In this document: positions 25,268 to 38,418 of the stretch, in pieces
How the letters are laid out: every line of letters begins with the position of its first letter
How positions within the stretch are numbered: position 1 is the stretch's first letter
Source of the DNA: Lingula anatina
Taxonomy: Eukaryota; Animalia; Brachiopoda
NCBI GenBank assembly: GCA_051362555.1
Contig: CM120649.1
Coordinates: 11,284,001 to 11,348,000, forward strand
Length of the DNA stretch: 64,000 nt
Direction: 5' to 3'
Translations under genes and position numbers: made by a program
Notes under the pieces: model-generated
Database searches by the model: none
Told to the model about the DNA's origin: nothing
What the model saw: only the letters and a program-made list of their open reading frames with translations

Positions 25268-27746
25268 TCAAAGTGTGTAGTTGAACATCTTTGCATCAGT
25301 TTGAAATATTTCCCGCAGCTCTTTAAGATCTGGCTGCGAAACAGTTGAAACGTAGGATTTCCACACCTCAGCTGTAGTGTTAACCTTTCTTCCATCTCGG
25401 TCTGGAAAGGAGTATGATGTAGCTAACCCCAACATTGTGAGCATAAAATTGACATCATCCTCTATATTTTCGTACCGCGCAATGACGTCATAGTCTACGT
25501 CACACGGGATACAGATTTCTTGATAACTCATCCAGTGGTGGTCTTTTATCCCGGTAGCATTCTTTGTGTTATTAACGACGTATTTTGCAAACGCTCTAAA
25601 TAAAAGACCGGCACCAGTTTTTAAGGTCTTTTTTGGTGGATTCAGCTCGAACTTTTTAGCGATAAAGGCGGCAAGTTCCCCGTAGAAATCTCTTCCTTCT
25701 GAATCAAATTTGTCTCTGAAGGCTGACACCAGTCTCTCCAGAGGATGTCTTACAACGATAACCTTAAGATAATTCCTCAACCTTAATTCGATGCCAAAGG
25801 GAGAGAAATCTTTAAGTCGTAGTACGTATCTTTTATGATAAAAATTGTGGACGGCAACAAAGGGGATTCCCCTATACGCCGAAACATTGACAGCCCCAAC
25901 AAGTCCATATAACAGTCTTTTAAAGTTGGTAATGCCAACTTTAGGAATTCCGCAGTAAATAAGTCCATGTATTTCATCAACGAAAAAGTTTGTTTCGTTA
26001 GAATAAGCGTGATTGGGATTCCGCTGATAGTTTGGGCCGTGCTTTAAGGCACACGTATCTGTTATTTGACGTTTTCTGTCCGCCATCTTTCTTCTCCAGG
26101 TAAGAGGGACTTGAGCCCAAGAAAAATGCTGTAAACGAAGTAACAGATAAATTCATACGTCCACTAAGCCGGAGTGAACTACATATACCTTATCAAGTGG
26201 TTATGAATCGTTCAAAGTGCTGTCGTACAGAAGAGAGAATTAGCTACAAAGAGCGGCTTTGTGACGTTCTTTAAGTAACGTCTTCAGTATACCTTGTTTT
26301 AGGGAAGGAAAACATTGGCCCTAATATTAATATTGTGATATTGTGTCATCATTCGATTGTGTTTATGAAACAACCATTGTACCGTTGTCTACATTTCTCC
26401 TGCGGCAAAAATAATTGCTCCCTCTGCAATAAAATTGCAACAATTTACTTGCTCCGGGTTATTTGGGGAATTAAACAAAAGCAGTTACTTGGTTTTTTGA
26501 TTTGCATTACGGCCCATATAGCCGAAAAAGATCAGTGGGTCATTATATTAAGAGAGGCTTATAGACTGAAAGTACATCACTTCAGAGACAACTCGCTTGG
26601 AATAAATGGTGTTGTATTTCTTACCCGATCCCTGGTGAGGTCGTGCAACTCCCCATTTCTGTTCTCTGCTGAAAATATGAAATTCAGTGTCTTGTAACTG
26701 ATGATCTTTTTAAAAAGTCTTATCATGGGAATATCACGGAATGTCTCTATTTTTTTTCTGTCAATATAACGCGATTTATTATGCTCATTTACGTGCTCAT
26801 GGGCGTGCACACAAATGCCACGTACCTCGAAACGAGTGAGTTCAAGTCAGATCAACGAGTCAGATCGGTAATCAACAGGGCGGATTTAGGGCGTCTTCCG
26901 GGTCTTCAGGAAGACGGTCAGATTTTCAAGTTTACATGGACGTGTATTTAATTTTTTTATGTCGGAAGACGGTCAAAAATGGAGGATGGATCAACAAAGA
27001 TAAATTGGAAGACTGTCAGAAAATAACTCTGGATCCGCCCCTAAATTGGCTCGTGGAACTTAAAATAGTGATAGATTACAAATAATTCACCACAGTTTAG
27101 TGAAATTCCGATCCATTTTACTACTGCACGTTGTGGCAAATGGCATTCGGATGCACGGATGCAGAAAATATGTAAAAATGGTGAATTCTAATTTCCCTCT
27201 CACAGAAACGGTGTAATGGAGAAGAATAAGACAAAGTTTTATTGGACTTCATCAGATATCTCTGAGTCAATAAAATACTTTTTCTCGTCCAGTATGTCCC
27301 TCTGTATTTAAAATGACCCCACTGATAAAGATATGATTTCAGTTATAAAACAGAATGTGGAAGACTCGAAGGTCAATTTGTTCGGCGGTTTCCGCTACAA
27401 TATGCAACAGGAAAATAATAGAAGCATTTCGTAAGTACCCTGCCTTTTTATGATGTGAAAGATAATGCAAGTCTACCACATTAATTCGACTCCATTTCCG
27501 AGGAGGAAGCCCTTTACCAACCTGTCTGCAACAGCAACAAAACAAAAGCTAAAAAATCCACCAACACAGCACATTTTAGAAACAAGTAAAATAAACAGAA
27601 AATTTTCAACTTCATCCTTTTTACTTACCTGAGTAGTTAAATGGACGTTGGCTACATGGTGTCAGTAGCCATGTCATTAATACACCAGCTAACAGTAAGT
27701 GTATCGTCACTATCACTAGCAGTAAATACCGACAAGCTCGCGTCAT
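25268..27746 (-). CDS. Golgi carbohydrate sulfotransferase, HNK-1ST/CHST8-14 (Sulfotransfer_2) family (~340 aa)
   Basis: Exons 27746-27629 (MTRACRYLLLVIVTIHLLLAGVLMTWLL, type II anchor), 26668-26625 and 26128-25268 are in phase. 5'-PSB YCGIPKVGITNFK, 3'-PB VRHPLERLVSAFRDKF, and HW..Y...C.PC...YD are present. Confidence 0.92.
26876..27042. mobile_element. Small intronic MITE
   Basis: Termini CAGGGCGGATTTAG ... CTGGATCCGCCCCT with internal GGAAGACGGTCA repeats. Confidence 0.6.
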
Positions 27747-28010
27747 GTTTGGGCTCTTCTGCACGTCCAATTATCCAAATGGCTTTATTTTATTGCGAGC
27801 CCATACAGTTAGGTAGGCAAAGGTTGACGGTATTGAAAATTTATTATGTCAGTGCTATTATGTTAAACATCGGTGTCAACCTGTTTACAGCCTGTTTGTG
27901 TCGAGATTTTGCGTAGAATCTCACGTGCCCTGGGAGTCCTTCGTGCGAAATTTTGAGTTAGTACACAGCCCGTATATAAGCACGTACGTGCGGAGATTAT
28001 TGGATATGTC

Positions 28011-28041
<31 letters not shown>

Positions 28042-29120
28042 ACGAATAATCTGTCGTTTACAGTATTAGCCTTAGTTCTACTCTTAAAATGCAGCAAAGG
28101 TTGGCTGTCCAGTCCTTGGCTGCAGGCGCGAAAGTCGCATATTTTGCTTTCGTTGGTAATGGTTGTGCAAATGCACCGACTTCCCCCCAAATGTGTCACT
28201 ACCAGGTTGACACAAAATGTGAGGATTTATCCGTATTTAGTCACAATTTTTTAAATAAGAGATGCAGATTGCGGAAATAATGGGGGATAATATGTACAGC
28301 AATGACCAGAAGTGATGTTCAAAATACTGCTATGCCCACCCTCCCCCCGCACACATCTCTGTTTGTACATGTATCTTTGTCACAGAATTGAAAAAAATTC
28401 AGAATATTTACGGTCATGGACAAAAATTATTTAAAAGTGACTAAATTTTAATTGAGTGTGGGTCTCCTCATCCTAAAAAAAAAAGCCATTCCTTGCTGAA
28501 AATGTCTTTTTCTTCGGCAGATGGCTTTGTTATAAATTGGAGTGTTCTTTACCTATATTTTAAAGCAGCCAACAAGCAGATGATATCGTGTGAGAATTTT
28601 GTCACTTCCTCTATTTTTATGCCACACATTCTGAGACGTGATAGTAATGCTCTAAAGGGACTATCAGTACTATAAGACGGTGAATCTATACAGAGTATTA
28701 CTAACAAAGCATTGCTTTGTGGAAAATGACCAATTTATTTTGTTTAAATATATTAAGTAAATCCTACAAATCCCCATCAATAGCTTAAAATTTGATAAGC
28801 AAAAATACAAATAAACAAATAATAATAAAATAATAATTTTGTACTTGGCATTTCACGTTCATAGCAGGTATTATTAAATTTTTTCATCTGCAATGTTTGC
28901 AGTTTGTTTTTTTCTTCTGATTTTGTTTATGTCATATTTCTTTCCTTTGCTCGTCATAAAACTTATTTTCAACTCATGTTATTTATATCAACGTCTTATT
29001 AGAATGTTACTTTTAAAGCAGTAAACCTCCTGACATAAAAACACGCTTATTCTTGTGCTCTGTACAACTGATAAACATTTAAAACATATTTAAAGTTATC
29101 TCCTTTCAGGATAAATGAAG

Positions 29121-31117
29121 TCACCTAGAGTGAGATTTCTGATGTCTTTTGAATTCATCAGCACTCCTCATCACAGCCCCACACCGAGTGCAAAACCTCC
29201 TCTTATAGGCTAATGTCACTGGGTGAAATACTGAGACATGCTTCAAGTAAGGCCAGTACTGATTGGCTGGATACAGTGCCTTGTTGCCATCACAACCCAC
29301 ACAAACAATGTGCCCAGAACTGTCACCGGTGTACTGAACAGAATCAGCTGGGGAGTCCTCTTTCGGAAGTGGGATATTCTGGAAAAAAGTGAGCTCCTCT
29401 AATGGTTCTATATCGCGTGTTGATACGAAGTACAGTCTCCCATCTTGCACAACTGCTTCGAGATTGGGGTTGATTTCATTGTAGCGTAAATATCTGCACC
29501 AGTTGCTTTCATCTTCAGATGAGGTACTGATGAAATGGCGATCATGGGGATCCATTTTTGTTTTTCTGTCTTCTATTATCCAGACATGCCTCAGATCAGT
29601 TTTGGGCAGAATCAAGTGATCTGCAACAGGAACTCCCTCCAGGGGCCCAAACTGGGTGAACATCTTTACAGAATCCCTGGTAATAACACTGAGGCCATGC
29701 TCAGGGGCTGTCACCCCCAACATCAGGCCCCCGGGCAGACTGGCAAAGGCTTTCCTCAGTGACTGGACTGCTGTGGTGTTATTCTGGACGATATACTGAG
29801 GACTGTGCAACCCGTGGGTCCCTTCTGCAACAAAGGTGGTCAACCTTGGACTGTCCACCTTGCCCATCATTTGTGCAGTCTTTGCACAATAGCGCCACAC
29901 CACTTTGGAATCTTCGCTGATTACTTTAACAGGGGACACTGGTGACGTTGACGGCAATGGCTGGCTCCGGCTGGCAGGAAGATTTGGCTGTGACATCATT
30001 GCGCTAGCTGAGGCAGATGGCAATTGTGTTTTGTGGGGCACACTGGGATCACCCTGCTTACCCCTACTGTCTCCCTGCATGGCTGTAGACATCTTTTCAA
30101 TAACCACTGAGCAACCACGACCGATGTTCTTAGAGAGCGACACATTCTTGACCATTAATTGTGGCCGACTGTCACCAACGCCACCACACTGGGACATTGG
30201 CTGTGGCTTCTGTGCAGCAGGAGTGGACTCAGTCCAGTCAGATGTAGTGTCTGGACTGCCATCTTGACCGCTTGTGTCAACTCCTTCATCGTCAGAATCT
30301 TGGACAGCTTCAGTGGAGTTGTTTGTCTTTAACTGACCTAATGGTCATAAAGAGAAACTTAAATTAATGTGCATCCCAATACTGCTAAAATTTCACTGGA
30401 TAATAAAAGTTGATATTGGGGGGGGGGGGGGGGGGGAGACAACATACCCTTCCTCCATGGATTCTTCGTATTTGCAATTTTATCATTAGTGTACACTGGA
30501 TTTCATCTATGACAGTTATTATCATTACCTATAGCAGACATTATATATTTATATTTATATATATATATATATATATGAAGAGAGAGAAAGAGAGAGAGAT
30601 ACATACTTTTAGCTGGGCTTCTTGTCTCACTATTGCTATCTGGTGACTTTACAATGCCATCAAAATCTGGGACAATAAACTTGAAGACTTGTGCAGGTTT
30701 AGTGGCCTTGGCATTCGTGGCCTTGGCATTCCTGGCACTGACATGCTTGACATTGTCTTTACTATTCTTGGCTTTGCCACTGTCACTTTTGTAACTGACA
30801 GTGCAATTAAATTTCTTTTCATAATAAGCAACAGCATCTACTGGAACAGGAACTCTGCCTTGGGATTGCCAGGTCTTGTCTTTTTTGGCCTGTGGAATAT
30901 TCTTAGGAGTGATATCGGGTGAGGCAGCCCTTGGCTTAGGAGCTGTTTCAGAGACACCTGCTGTTCCATCTTGGACTGCCTTGGCATGTCTAGTCTGTAT
31001 GATTGGTTCAAATTTGAAGGCTTTTCCAGTTTCTGGATTTATAGCTTTATCCCTCTCTATTTTCTCTAATGAAATTTTTGTTGGTGTATTTTTTCGTTTT
31101 CTTCCTGGTAAGCCCAT
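29121..31117 (-). CDS. PR/SET-domain zinc-finger protein (PRDM-like), ~575 aa; 3' end uncertain
   Basis: Exons 31117-30607 and 30337-29121 (phase 1). N-terminal GRKRK. PR domain TQFGPLEG...SEDESNWCRYLR...NLEAV...LYFVSTRDIEPLEEL, followed by an atypical finger and C2H2 CTRC...HQKSH. The stop overlaps a possible AG|GTGACT donor. Confidence 0.8.
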
Positions 31118-31660
31118 CTTCTGGCTAAAAATAATGTTAGTTATAAACTCAAGAAAAATATAATGATAAAATAGCATTCAAATAAAAATTCTAAAGAAAT
31201 GAATTTACAACAACAATAATATTGATAAAAGTAAAAGTGATTAAAAAAATAATGTTTTCTTTTATATACAACAGCATGTACAGTACCAGTACGGGTAAAG
31301 AGAAACCCCAAAGATATATTGTAATCGTTACTAAATTAAACTGTAGTAGTCCAAAAATCAGCACCAATCACGCTAACATGTACTTTTTGTTATTTATATA
31401 CCAACGTTTAAAATCGTGAACAAGAATGCTAGAGACAGAAAAATGACTCAAGCCTCCTGTGTCTAGTGTCTTTTGCTACAAATATAACAGAAACCCATTA
31501 ACTCGGCTTACATCTAAGTTTAAGTAATGCTGCTGTCTCAGATTTTTTAGACTTGAGATATACAATTGCCAGTGTTTAATCACTGATACTTTTTGAATTC
31601 AACTTTCGGTGTTTTTTTTTCACTGTGACTGACCGCTTGCATTGACACATTTGTACTTAC

Positions 31661-32201
31661 GTGTTATCTGTATATGATGCCGATTCTTTGTTTGATTAGT
31701 GTATTGCTTCACAAGCAATATTCCGATGATACAGAACTGCGCAAATTTAATCTCTCAGCTCAAAGGGTTAGTGTATATTAACCAAAAATAGAGCAAAAAT
31801 AGAGCAAAAATAGACCAACAGCCCAGCCAAAATAACCGAAAAAAGAACATCCACTTGTCATCGATACATCAGCTCAACGGTATGAAATAAGATATCCAAT
31901 AAGTAAACAAAAACTTTTATTTAACACAGATTTTGCGTTTCAGTGACTGATAAAAAATTCTGCATGCAATCATTGAAATGCAAATCTTATCATTTTCTGA
32001 CTTAAAAGAAGTTAGGTAGTCTATGAGAAAACTTCCTCAAATCGAGGCCAGTGCTCGGAGAAGTTATGACTTCCGTATGTATCATATAAACAGGATGTAA
32101 ACAGGGCGCCACGATTTCCTTATCTCTGTGTGCTATTTATGTTGCCGGTATAGATCCATGTTTTGAAATGAGATGATTTCACGCTGAAAAGTCAAATAAA
32201 G
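31661..32201. promoter_or_regulatory. Putative bidirectional promoter and 5' non-coding exons between the PRDM-like and ROCO genes
   Basis: Outward-facing donors (minus-strand GTAAGT at 31660, plus-strand AAG|GTAGGT at 32202) pair with acceptors just before each ATG (31125 and 32805). An ETS-like ACTTCCG lies near 32069. Inference only. Confidence 0.4.
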
Positions 32202-32362
32202 GTAGGTTCACAAAGAAAAGCCCTCTTGTTTTGATATTATTCGGGACGTTGCATTGTTCGCGCAGCACAACAAGTAAAAACAATAATAGACTATTAATTA
32301 TAGTACTGTTAAATACTGCATGTTACATGTAGTAGGGGTCCGATGTAGTAGCGAGACAGTTC

Positions 32363-32617
32363 CACAGTGCGCCTGGAATGGTCTTAATCTACCATTTCAG
32401 ATAAAAATGAATGATCCTAACCAGGATGAGTAAAGGTACTTGTATAATTGGACTAGATCTTACTCTAAAAGTGATCAAGGGGAGGGAATGTGTGAGTGCA
32501 TAACAACATAAGTGAAAGTCGGTCCAATAATAATGGTCTTATATACTCTTTGATTAAGACCATGTGAGATCATTTGTGATCCTAAATTTCAGTTTAAGAC
32601 CATTTCAGGCGCAGTAT
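32363..32617. mobile_element. MITE, ~250 bp
   Basis: TGCGCCTGGAATGGTCTTAA is inverted with TTAAGACCATTTCAGGCGCA. Confidence 0.7.
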
Positions 32618-32859
32618 AGTGGTAACTATCAATGATAATAGTATTATGGGCGTTGTACACACTTTGTTAACTTAATCTTTTGTCACATTGGAAAAGTGTA
32701 ACACATACCTGTACATGTACTATTACTGTACCAGGGGCTATGTGTGCATGCACATATGCATGTTGATTAAACTGCTGTTCATTTTTTATCCATTGTCTGT
32801 TTCAGCCGGCATTTAAAACTGGAAATTTAGCACAGTCAGTAAGGATCCAATCTAAAATA

Positions 32860-35800
32860 ATGGCCATGGAAAGAAGGCTTCATATTCTGGAAGGGATTGA
32901 TAAATCCGGCAAGGCCCCTCCTGAGGAAGTTTCACAGTGGGAGGAATTGTACTGGTCCCCACCACTGTGCCTCTCTGATATGTTTTTATATAAAACTCAT
33001 GATGACACCATTGAGGATCCCATGACGGTTATTCCAAAGAGCATTGGACTGTGTACTCAACTGAAACGCCTAACAGCTGCTTGGCATGTAGTGACAGTGA
33101 ATTCAATTGATTTTCGAATGGGGTTAGACAGCCTGCCAACCTCTTTCTTCAGTCTTCAAAACTTGGAAGAGTTGGACTTGAGTTGGAACAGTTTCTCGAC
33201 AATTGCTGATGAAATCGATCAGCTCACAAAGTTGCGAGTTTTGAACCTGAACAAGAACAGATTTAGTTCCTTTCCTGTTTCAATATGCCACCTGCCATTA
33301 TTGGAGAAACTGATCTTGAGCAACAATGTATTAGAAGGTCTTCACTTGGATATTGGTAAATTGACAAAGTTAAAGATATTCAATGTTGCCAATAACAAGA
33401 TAGACAAGTTCCCCCCACTGCTGTGTTCTCTGGAAGCCATTGAGGAGCTGAACCTTAATGATAACTTACTCTTAAAACTTCCCCCAGAATTTTCATCAAT
33501 GGCAAACATAAGGATGTTGAAGTTGTCAGGGAACAACTTTCTTGACTTCCCCTCCCCTGTGTGCAATCTTACAGCACTACAAGAACTTGACCTTGCATGG
33601 AACAGAATAACTACCATTCCACTTACCATAAGCCAATTAAAAAACCTGGTTTCCTTCAAGCTTCACAATAACCGCTTAAGTATATTACCAAAAGCTTTGA
33701 GGAACCTCAAGAAACTGCATTATCTGGGTGTATGTGGGAACCCCATTACTTTCCCACCACAATCAGTTTGTGTGGCAGGGACCTCTGCAATCTTGAGTTA
33801 CCTGAGAGGGTCCAAAGATCTAGTCCTCACCACAGCCACTAAACTACAACTGAACCTGCTTGGCTGTACATGTGCAGGGAAGTCCAGTCTGGCTCAGTCT
33901 CTGACCCAGCAGACGTCATGTTTGACCGCTGAAGCTGACCGCACAAAAGTGATTGACCAGTTGATCTGGACCTTGCCAGAGGAGGTGGTTTTCAACATCA
34001 ATGACTTTGGTGGACACAATGTGTACACTGTTGTCCATCCTTTCTTCATATCACCTACAGCTGTGTCCCTTGTGGTCTTCGATCTATCAACGTGTGACCT
34101 GACCATGCCTGAGAATTATGGTAAACATATTGGCTCTTGGATCGAGAGGCTTGGCTCACATGCCCCACACACGCTTACCTTGTTGGTGGGCACACATGCT
34201 GATCAGTGCAATGATGAAACGAAAACATCTTTGTGTTCTGAAATAGCCACAATGGCCAAGGAACAACTGGCATCTCACAACACTTGGCTTCAGCATCAGA
34301 TTGACCGCATTGATGATTTGGTGGCCAAAGCAGTGGAGGCACCCAACAAGTCTGCCTTGATGACCAAAAGGCAGAAACTGCTGCAGATGCAGGCAGAGCA
34401 GATAAGCATCCATGATGTGGTATTCCCAGTAAGTTCAAAGACTTTGGATGGATTTCAGGAACTTGAGACAACACTGATTTCGATTGCCAAAGAAAATGGT
34501 GCATCACTCCCTTCAATATGGTGGAAAGTTGCTAGATCTATTGAGAAAGTAGATAGAGACTTTCTTACTATGGATCAAGTGCTAGAGTTGTACAAATCAC
34601 AAGTTGCCAGATCTTTCATTTTTAAGTTATTACCTAGTAGGTAATTACATTTGCATTTTATTTTCACATTCAGCTTCCCCTTGTAACATTGCATATGCGT
34701 TTATAGTAGATATGTTTGAATTGAAAAAAGAAATCATAACATGGTTTATTTATTGTCATATTTATACATAAAATATAAAATGAAAGCTGATATGATCTGT
34801 CGATAAAATAAAATACAGTAGAATAATTAAAATCCATTTACCTCATTAAAATACCTACTGTTTATGGGTAAAAGGCAGCTATACATTATCTTTCCTTGTG
34901 AAACTGACCTCTGTTATATATAAATTTCAGGGCTAAAAAGGAATCTGCATTCAAGGATACCATTGACATTCTACGTCATCTTAGTGGGTCAGGTGACATA
35001 GTGTGGTACGAGAAAAACACTTCACTGTCCGACATCATCTTTCACAAGGTGGAAGTTATTGCCAACTTGCTCAAGGTTGTCCTTGACCATGATATGAAGA
35101 GCTCTCTGACTTTTGAGTCTGCTTCCAAGGTTGTGCCCCTCAGTGCCCCAAAGTTCCAAGAAATGAAGGAAGACCTTTTGAAGAGAGGAATTATTTCGAG
35201 AAATCTCATGGAGATTTTGTGGAAGCCATTTGCATTAGGGAAAACAGAGATGGACGCCATGATAGGACTTTTGCAGACGTTGGATCTGTGCTATGAGGTC
35301 AGGGTGAAAGATGGAATAGCACAGGGGGGAAAGGCAGTTGATGTCACAGCAAAGGGTGAAGGAGCAGAGGGAGGCAGAGAAGATCCTGGATCTGCTGGTG
35401 ATGCGACAAGAAAAGTAAGAATTGGACACAGCAGCAGTCAAGATGAGAACCAACGTCCAGAGGAATCAACATCAAAAGACAGCAAGTTTGGTGAGATGAA
35501 TTTGGATGACGTGGCTTATCACTTTCCATGGCTGCTTACTGAGAACTGCCCGGCAGACCTGCAAGAATATTGGTCCCCGAGGGTTGCAGAGTTTGAGAAC
35601 CAGCTGACTTTGGAGTTGTATTTTCCAAGGAAGTGTCCTGATGGCTTATACGAGAGGTTCACCGTGAGGCTACATAGGTATGAGAGCTACTGTGTTTTCA
35701 TTCCTAAATTTTTCTCTCGCACGCATGGTTCAGCTTTGTTTTACAAAATGTTCTTATTTTAGAAAATTACATAGTGAATTTGAATTATGAGAAAAGGAAA

Positions 35801-38359
35801 ATGAAAATTATAAAAAAATATTCCTGTATTTTAAGACACTGGCATAAATACCTTTAAAATTTTAACTGTGACTACGATATGCTGAGTTTGACTGAACCTC
35901 TTTTTGACTGTGATGGGAGGTATGAGACTCGAGCGTATAACGTGAATCTGCTTGGAGGTTTATTACCATTTACAATTTCATTCATTTTTCAGGTACCTGG
36001 GTCTCTTCAGGTCTGAACGTGTAGATTGGAAAGATGGGGTGTTTGCCAAACTCCCGTCTGTCACCATGCTGCTGAATAAGGAATTACGTCAGAAGGACAG
36101 AGTGATTACTGTAGCCTGTAGAGGTCGCCACTTGCCAGACTTGTGGATTGAAGTGCGACGTGCCCATGATGACTTGATGGGTAAAGATTGGCATTATCCC
36201 AATATTTTTTTTTCAAATTCCTGCACGTTGTTGCAAACAGCTATTTATGGGTGAGCAGTAAAAGTAGTGATATTAATATGCTGTACAGAGTGTGTTACTA
36301 TCAGAATACAGTCAGGTGTGTTGTGCTCTGTTCCATATAGGTGAATACACATGAATGTAGGACAAGGCTCAAGACTGCCTATTTTTTTTTTTTTTTTTTT
36401 TTTTTTTCTTTTGCTTGAAATGCAGTTGAATTAAGATAAATCATTCTCTGTGAAGTTTGATGTGAAATAGAGAAGATTCACGTCTGGGCTTCATCTTGGA
36501 AATTACCTCCTCTATTTCTTGTTAAGCTTTGCAACTCACAGTTTATTTATTACAACATTAAATACTTGTAATTATTATATCTGTCTAATCATGTGTCACT
36601 CTCCACAGGTATCATTGAAGAAGATTGGCCAGGTTTGCCATTTGATAAGTACCTCAAGTGTCCTCACTGTGTCAAATCTGCTGTGGAAGAGCCAAAGCTG
36701 TTCCCTGGGGAGATCTTGAACAGTCCACCCCCTGTGGAGAGAAACCTGGTACCCTGTCATAACAAGGGAGGGGATGGCCTGATACCTGCCAACCTGGTAT
36801 ATCCCACAGCTGAGGGTAAGTGTATTGTGTTAGGTGAGATTTTTCATATAAAACTGGTATATCCCACAGCTGAGGGAAAGTGTATTGTGTTAGGTGAGAT
36901 TTTTCATATAAAACTGGTATATCCCACAGCTGAGGGTAAGTGTATTGTGTTAGGTGAGATTTTTCATATAAAACTGGTATATCCCACAGCTGAGGGTGAG
37001 TGTAATGTCTTTGGTGAGATTTTTCATATAAAACTGGTATATCCCACAGCTGAGGGTAAGTGTATTGTGTTAGGTGAGAATTTTCATGTAAAACCGGTAT
37101 ATCCCACAGCTGAGGGTAAGTGTATTGTGTTAGGTGAGAATTTTCGTATAAACCCGGTATATCCCACAGCTGAGGGTAAGTGTATTGTGTTAGGTGAGAA
37201 TTTTCATATAAACCTGGTATATCCCACAGCTGAGGGTGAGTGTAATGTGTTAGGTGAGATTTTTCATATAAAACTGGTATATCCCACAACTGAGGGTGAG
37301 TGTAATGTGTTAGGTGAGATTTTTCATATAAAACTGGCATATCCCACAGCTGAGGGTGAGTGTAATGTGTTAGGTGAGATTTTTCATATAAAACTGGCAT
37401 ATCCCACAGCTGAGGGTAAGTGTAATGTGTTAGGTGAGATTTTTCTTGTCACATGTAGCACAATCTAAGCTGTTGTATCCAACAGCTGAGGGTTAGTTCA
37501 TTATAAAGTCAAACTTCTTGTCACAACTAGCACAGTATAAGCTGATGTATTCAACAGCTGAGGGTGAGTGCATTAGTAACAAGTTAGGCAACCAGTTATG
37601 CAAAATAGTTCATCTAAGAGCACACACAGAACAGATGATTGCAGTCGAACTGATATGCAGACTAAAAATGGCTGATCTCGATAAAAAGTGAGTCGCTTAA
37701 TCCCATGATGGTCACACCATGAGCCATTAAAGAGATGAAATCTCGGTTCCGAGGTGTAATTGTTATGACCCTGCAGGGACGGCACAAGTGGAGGCAGGGA
37801 GACCATGAGGACATAAGTCAGCATTGCTTTTAAGTAGGGCGGTCAAAATTGATCTGCTGATCTGTAAGTGCACAGATGAACTTGTCCGGAATGCGCTCTA
37901 AATATTGACATTAAGTATAGTAGTACACTTTCAAATTGAAATCCATGAATTTTCTCCCCATTTCTGTGGATAGCATGTGCTATTGAATGTCCAAATAAGC
38001 TGTTAATTAATATTTCAGAGAATTTTATTTGAAGACTTGTTTTGTTCATCATTTCATTCCCAATTTTCTCAGATCACAACCCCATGAGCAAGATGAACAT
38101 AGAAGCCCTGAAGAAGAACAGACCGGATCTTGTGAAGGGCATAACAGCTCCATGTCTGAAAAATGCTCTCAGGAGGTTCAAAGCCAGGGACATCTATACT
38201 GAAGATGAAGTCAGTGCCATTGAAGGTGTTGCTGTCATCTATGACAGAGTTGGGGCCTTTCTGGATGTCCTGAAGAGAAAAGAGCAGAGAGCATTTTATC
38301 ACTTTTGTCAGGTTTTGATAGAAAACAGGGCCAGTCACTTAGCTGATTTAATCAAGTAA
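32860..38359 (+). CDS. ROCO protein, MFHAS1/MASL1-like LRR-ROC-COR with C-terminal CARD (~1069 aa)
   Basis: Exons 32860-34640, 34931-35677, 35993-36180, 36609-36815 and 38073-38359 join in frame (3210 nt). About 9 LxxLxLxxN repeats; P-loop GCTCAGKSS; DFGG; GTHAD; VSSKT; WPGL...CPHC...FPGE motif. The last exon (LKKNRPDLVKGI...FLDVLKRKEQRAFYHFCQVLIENRASHLADLI) has a CARD-like pattern. Confidence 0.9.
36794..37570 (+). repeat. 60-bp minisatellite (11 full units + 2 diverged) duplicating the exon-4 end and donor of the ROCO gene
   Basis: Unit CTGGTATATCCCACAGCTGAGG|GTAAGTGTATTGTGTTAG|GTGAGATTTTTCATATAAAA has an exact 60-bp period from 36794 to ~37445, with remnants near 37475 and 37550. Confidence 0.97.
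37690..37860. mobile_element. Diverged copy of the MITE-like family seen at ~15000 and ~17200
   Basis: AAATCTCGGTTCCGAGGT...CCCTGCAGGGACGGC...GTGGAGGCAGGGAGACCAT...TTGCTTTTAAGT matches 15073-15170. Confidence 0.65.
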
Positions 38360-38418
38360 GTATGGGTATGAAACTTGCTCAGACATAGACTAATTAAAAA
38401 CAGATTACCAGTACCAGT

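Noticed and set aside
28550-28686. Possible terminal exon of the PRDM-like gene
   Set aside because: The phase-2 join gives only RFTVL-stop, and the longer frame is out of phase; unsupported.
36672-37400. 242-aa minus-strand repetitive ORF
   Set aside because: Antisense by-product of the 60-bp minisatellite, with no independent gene signals.
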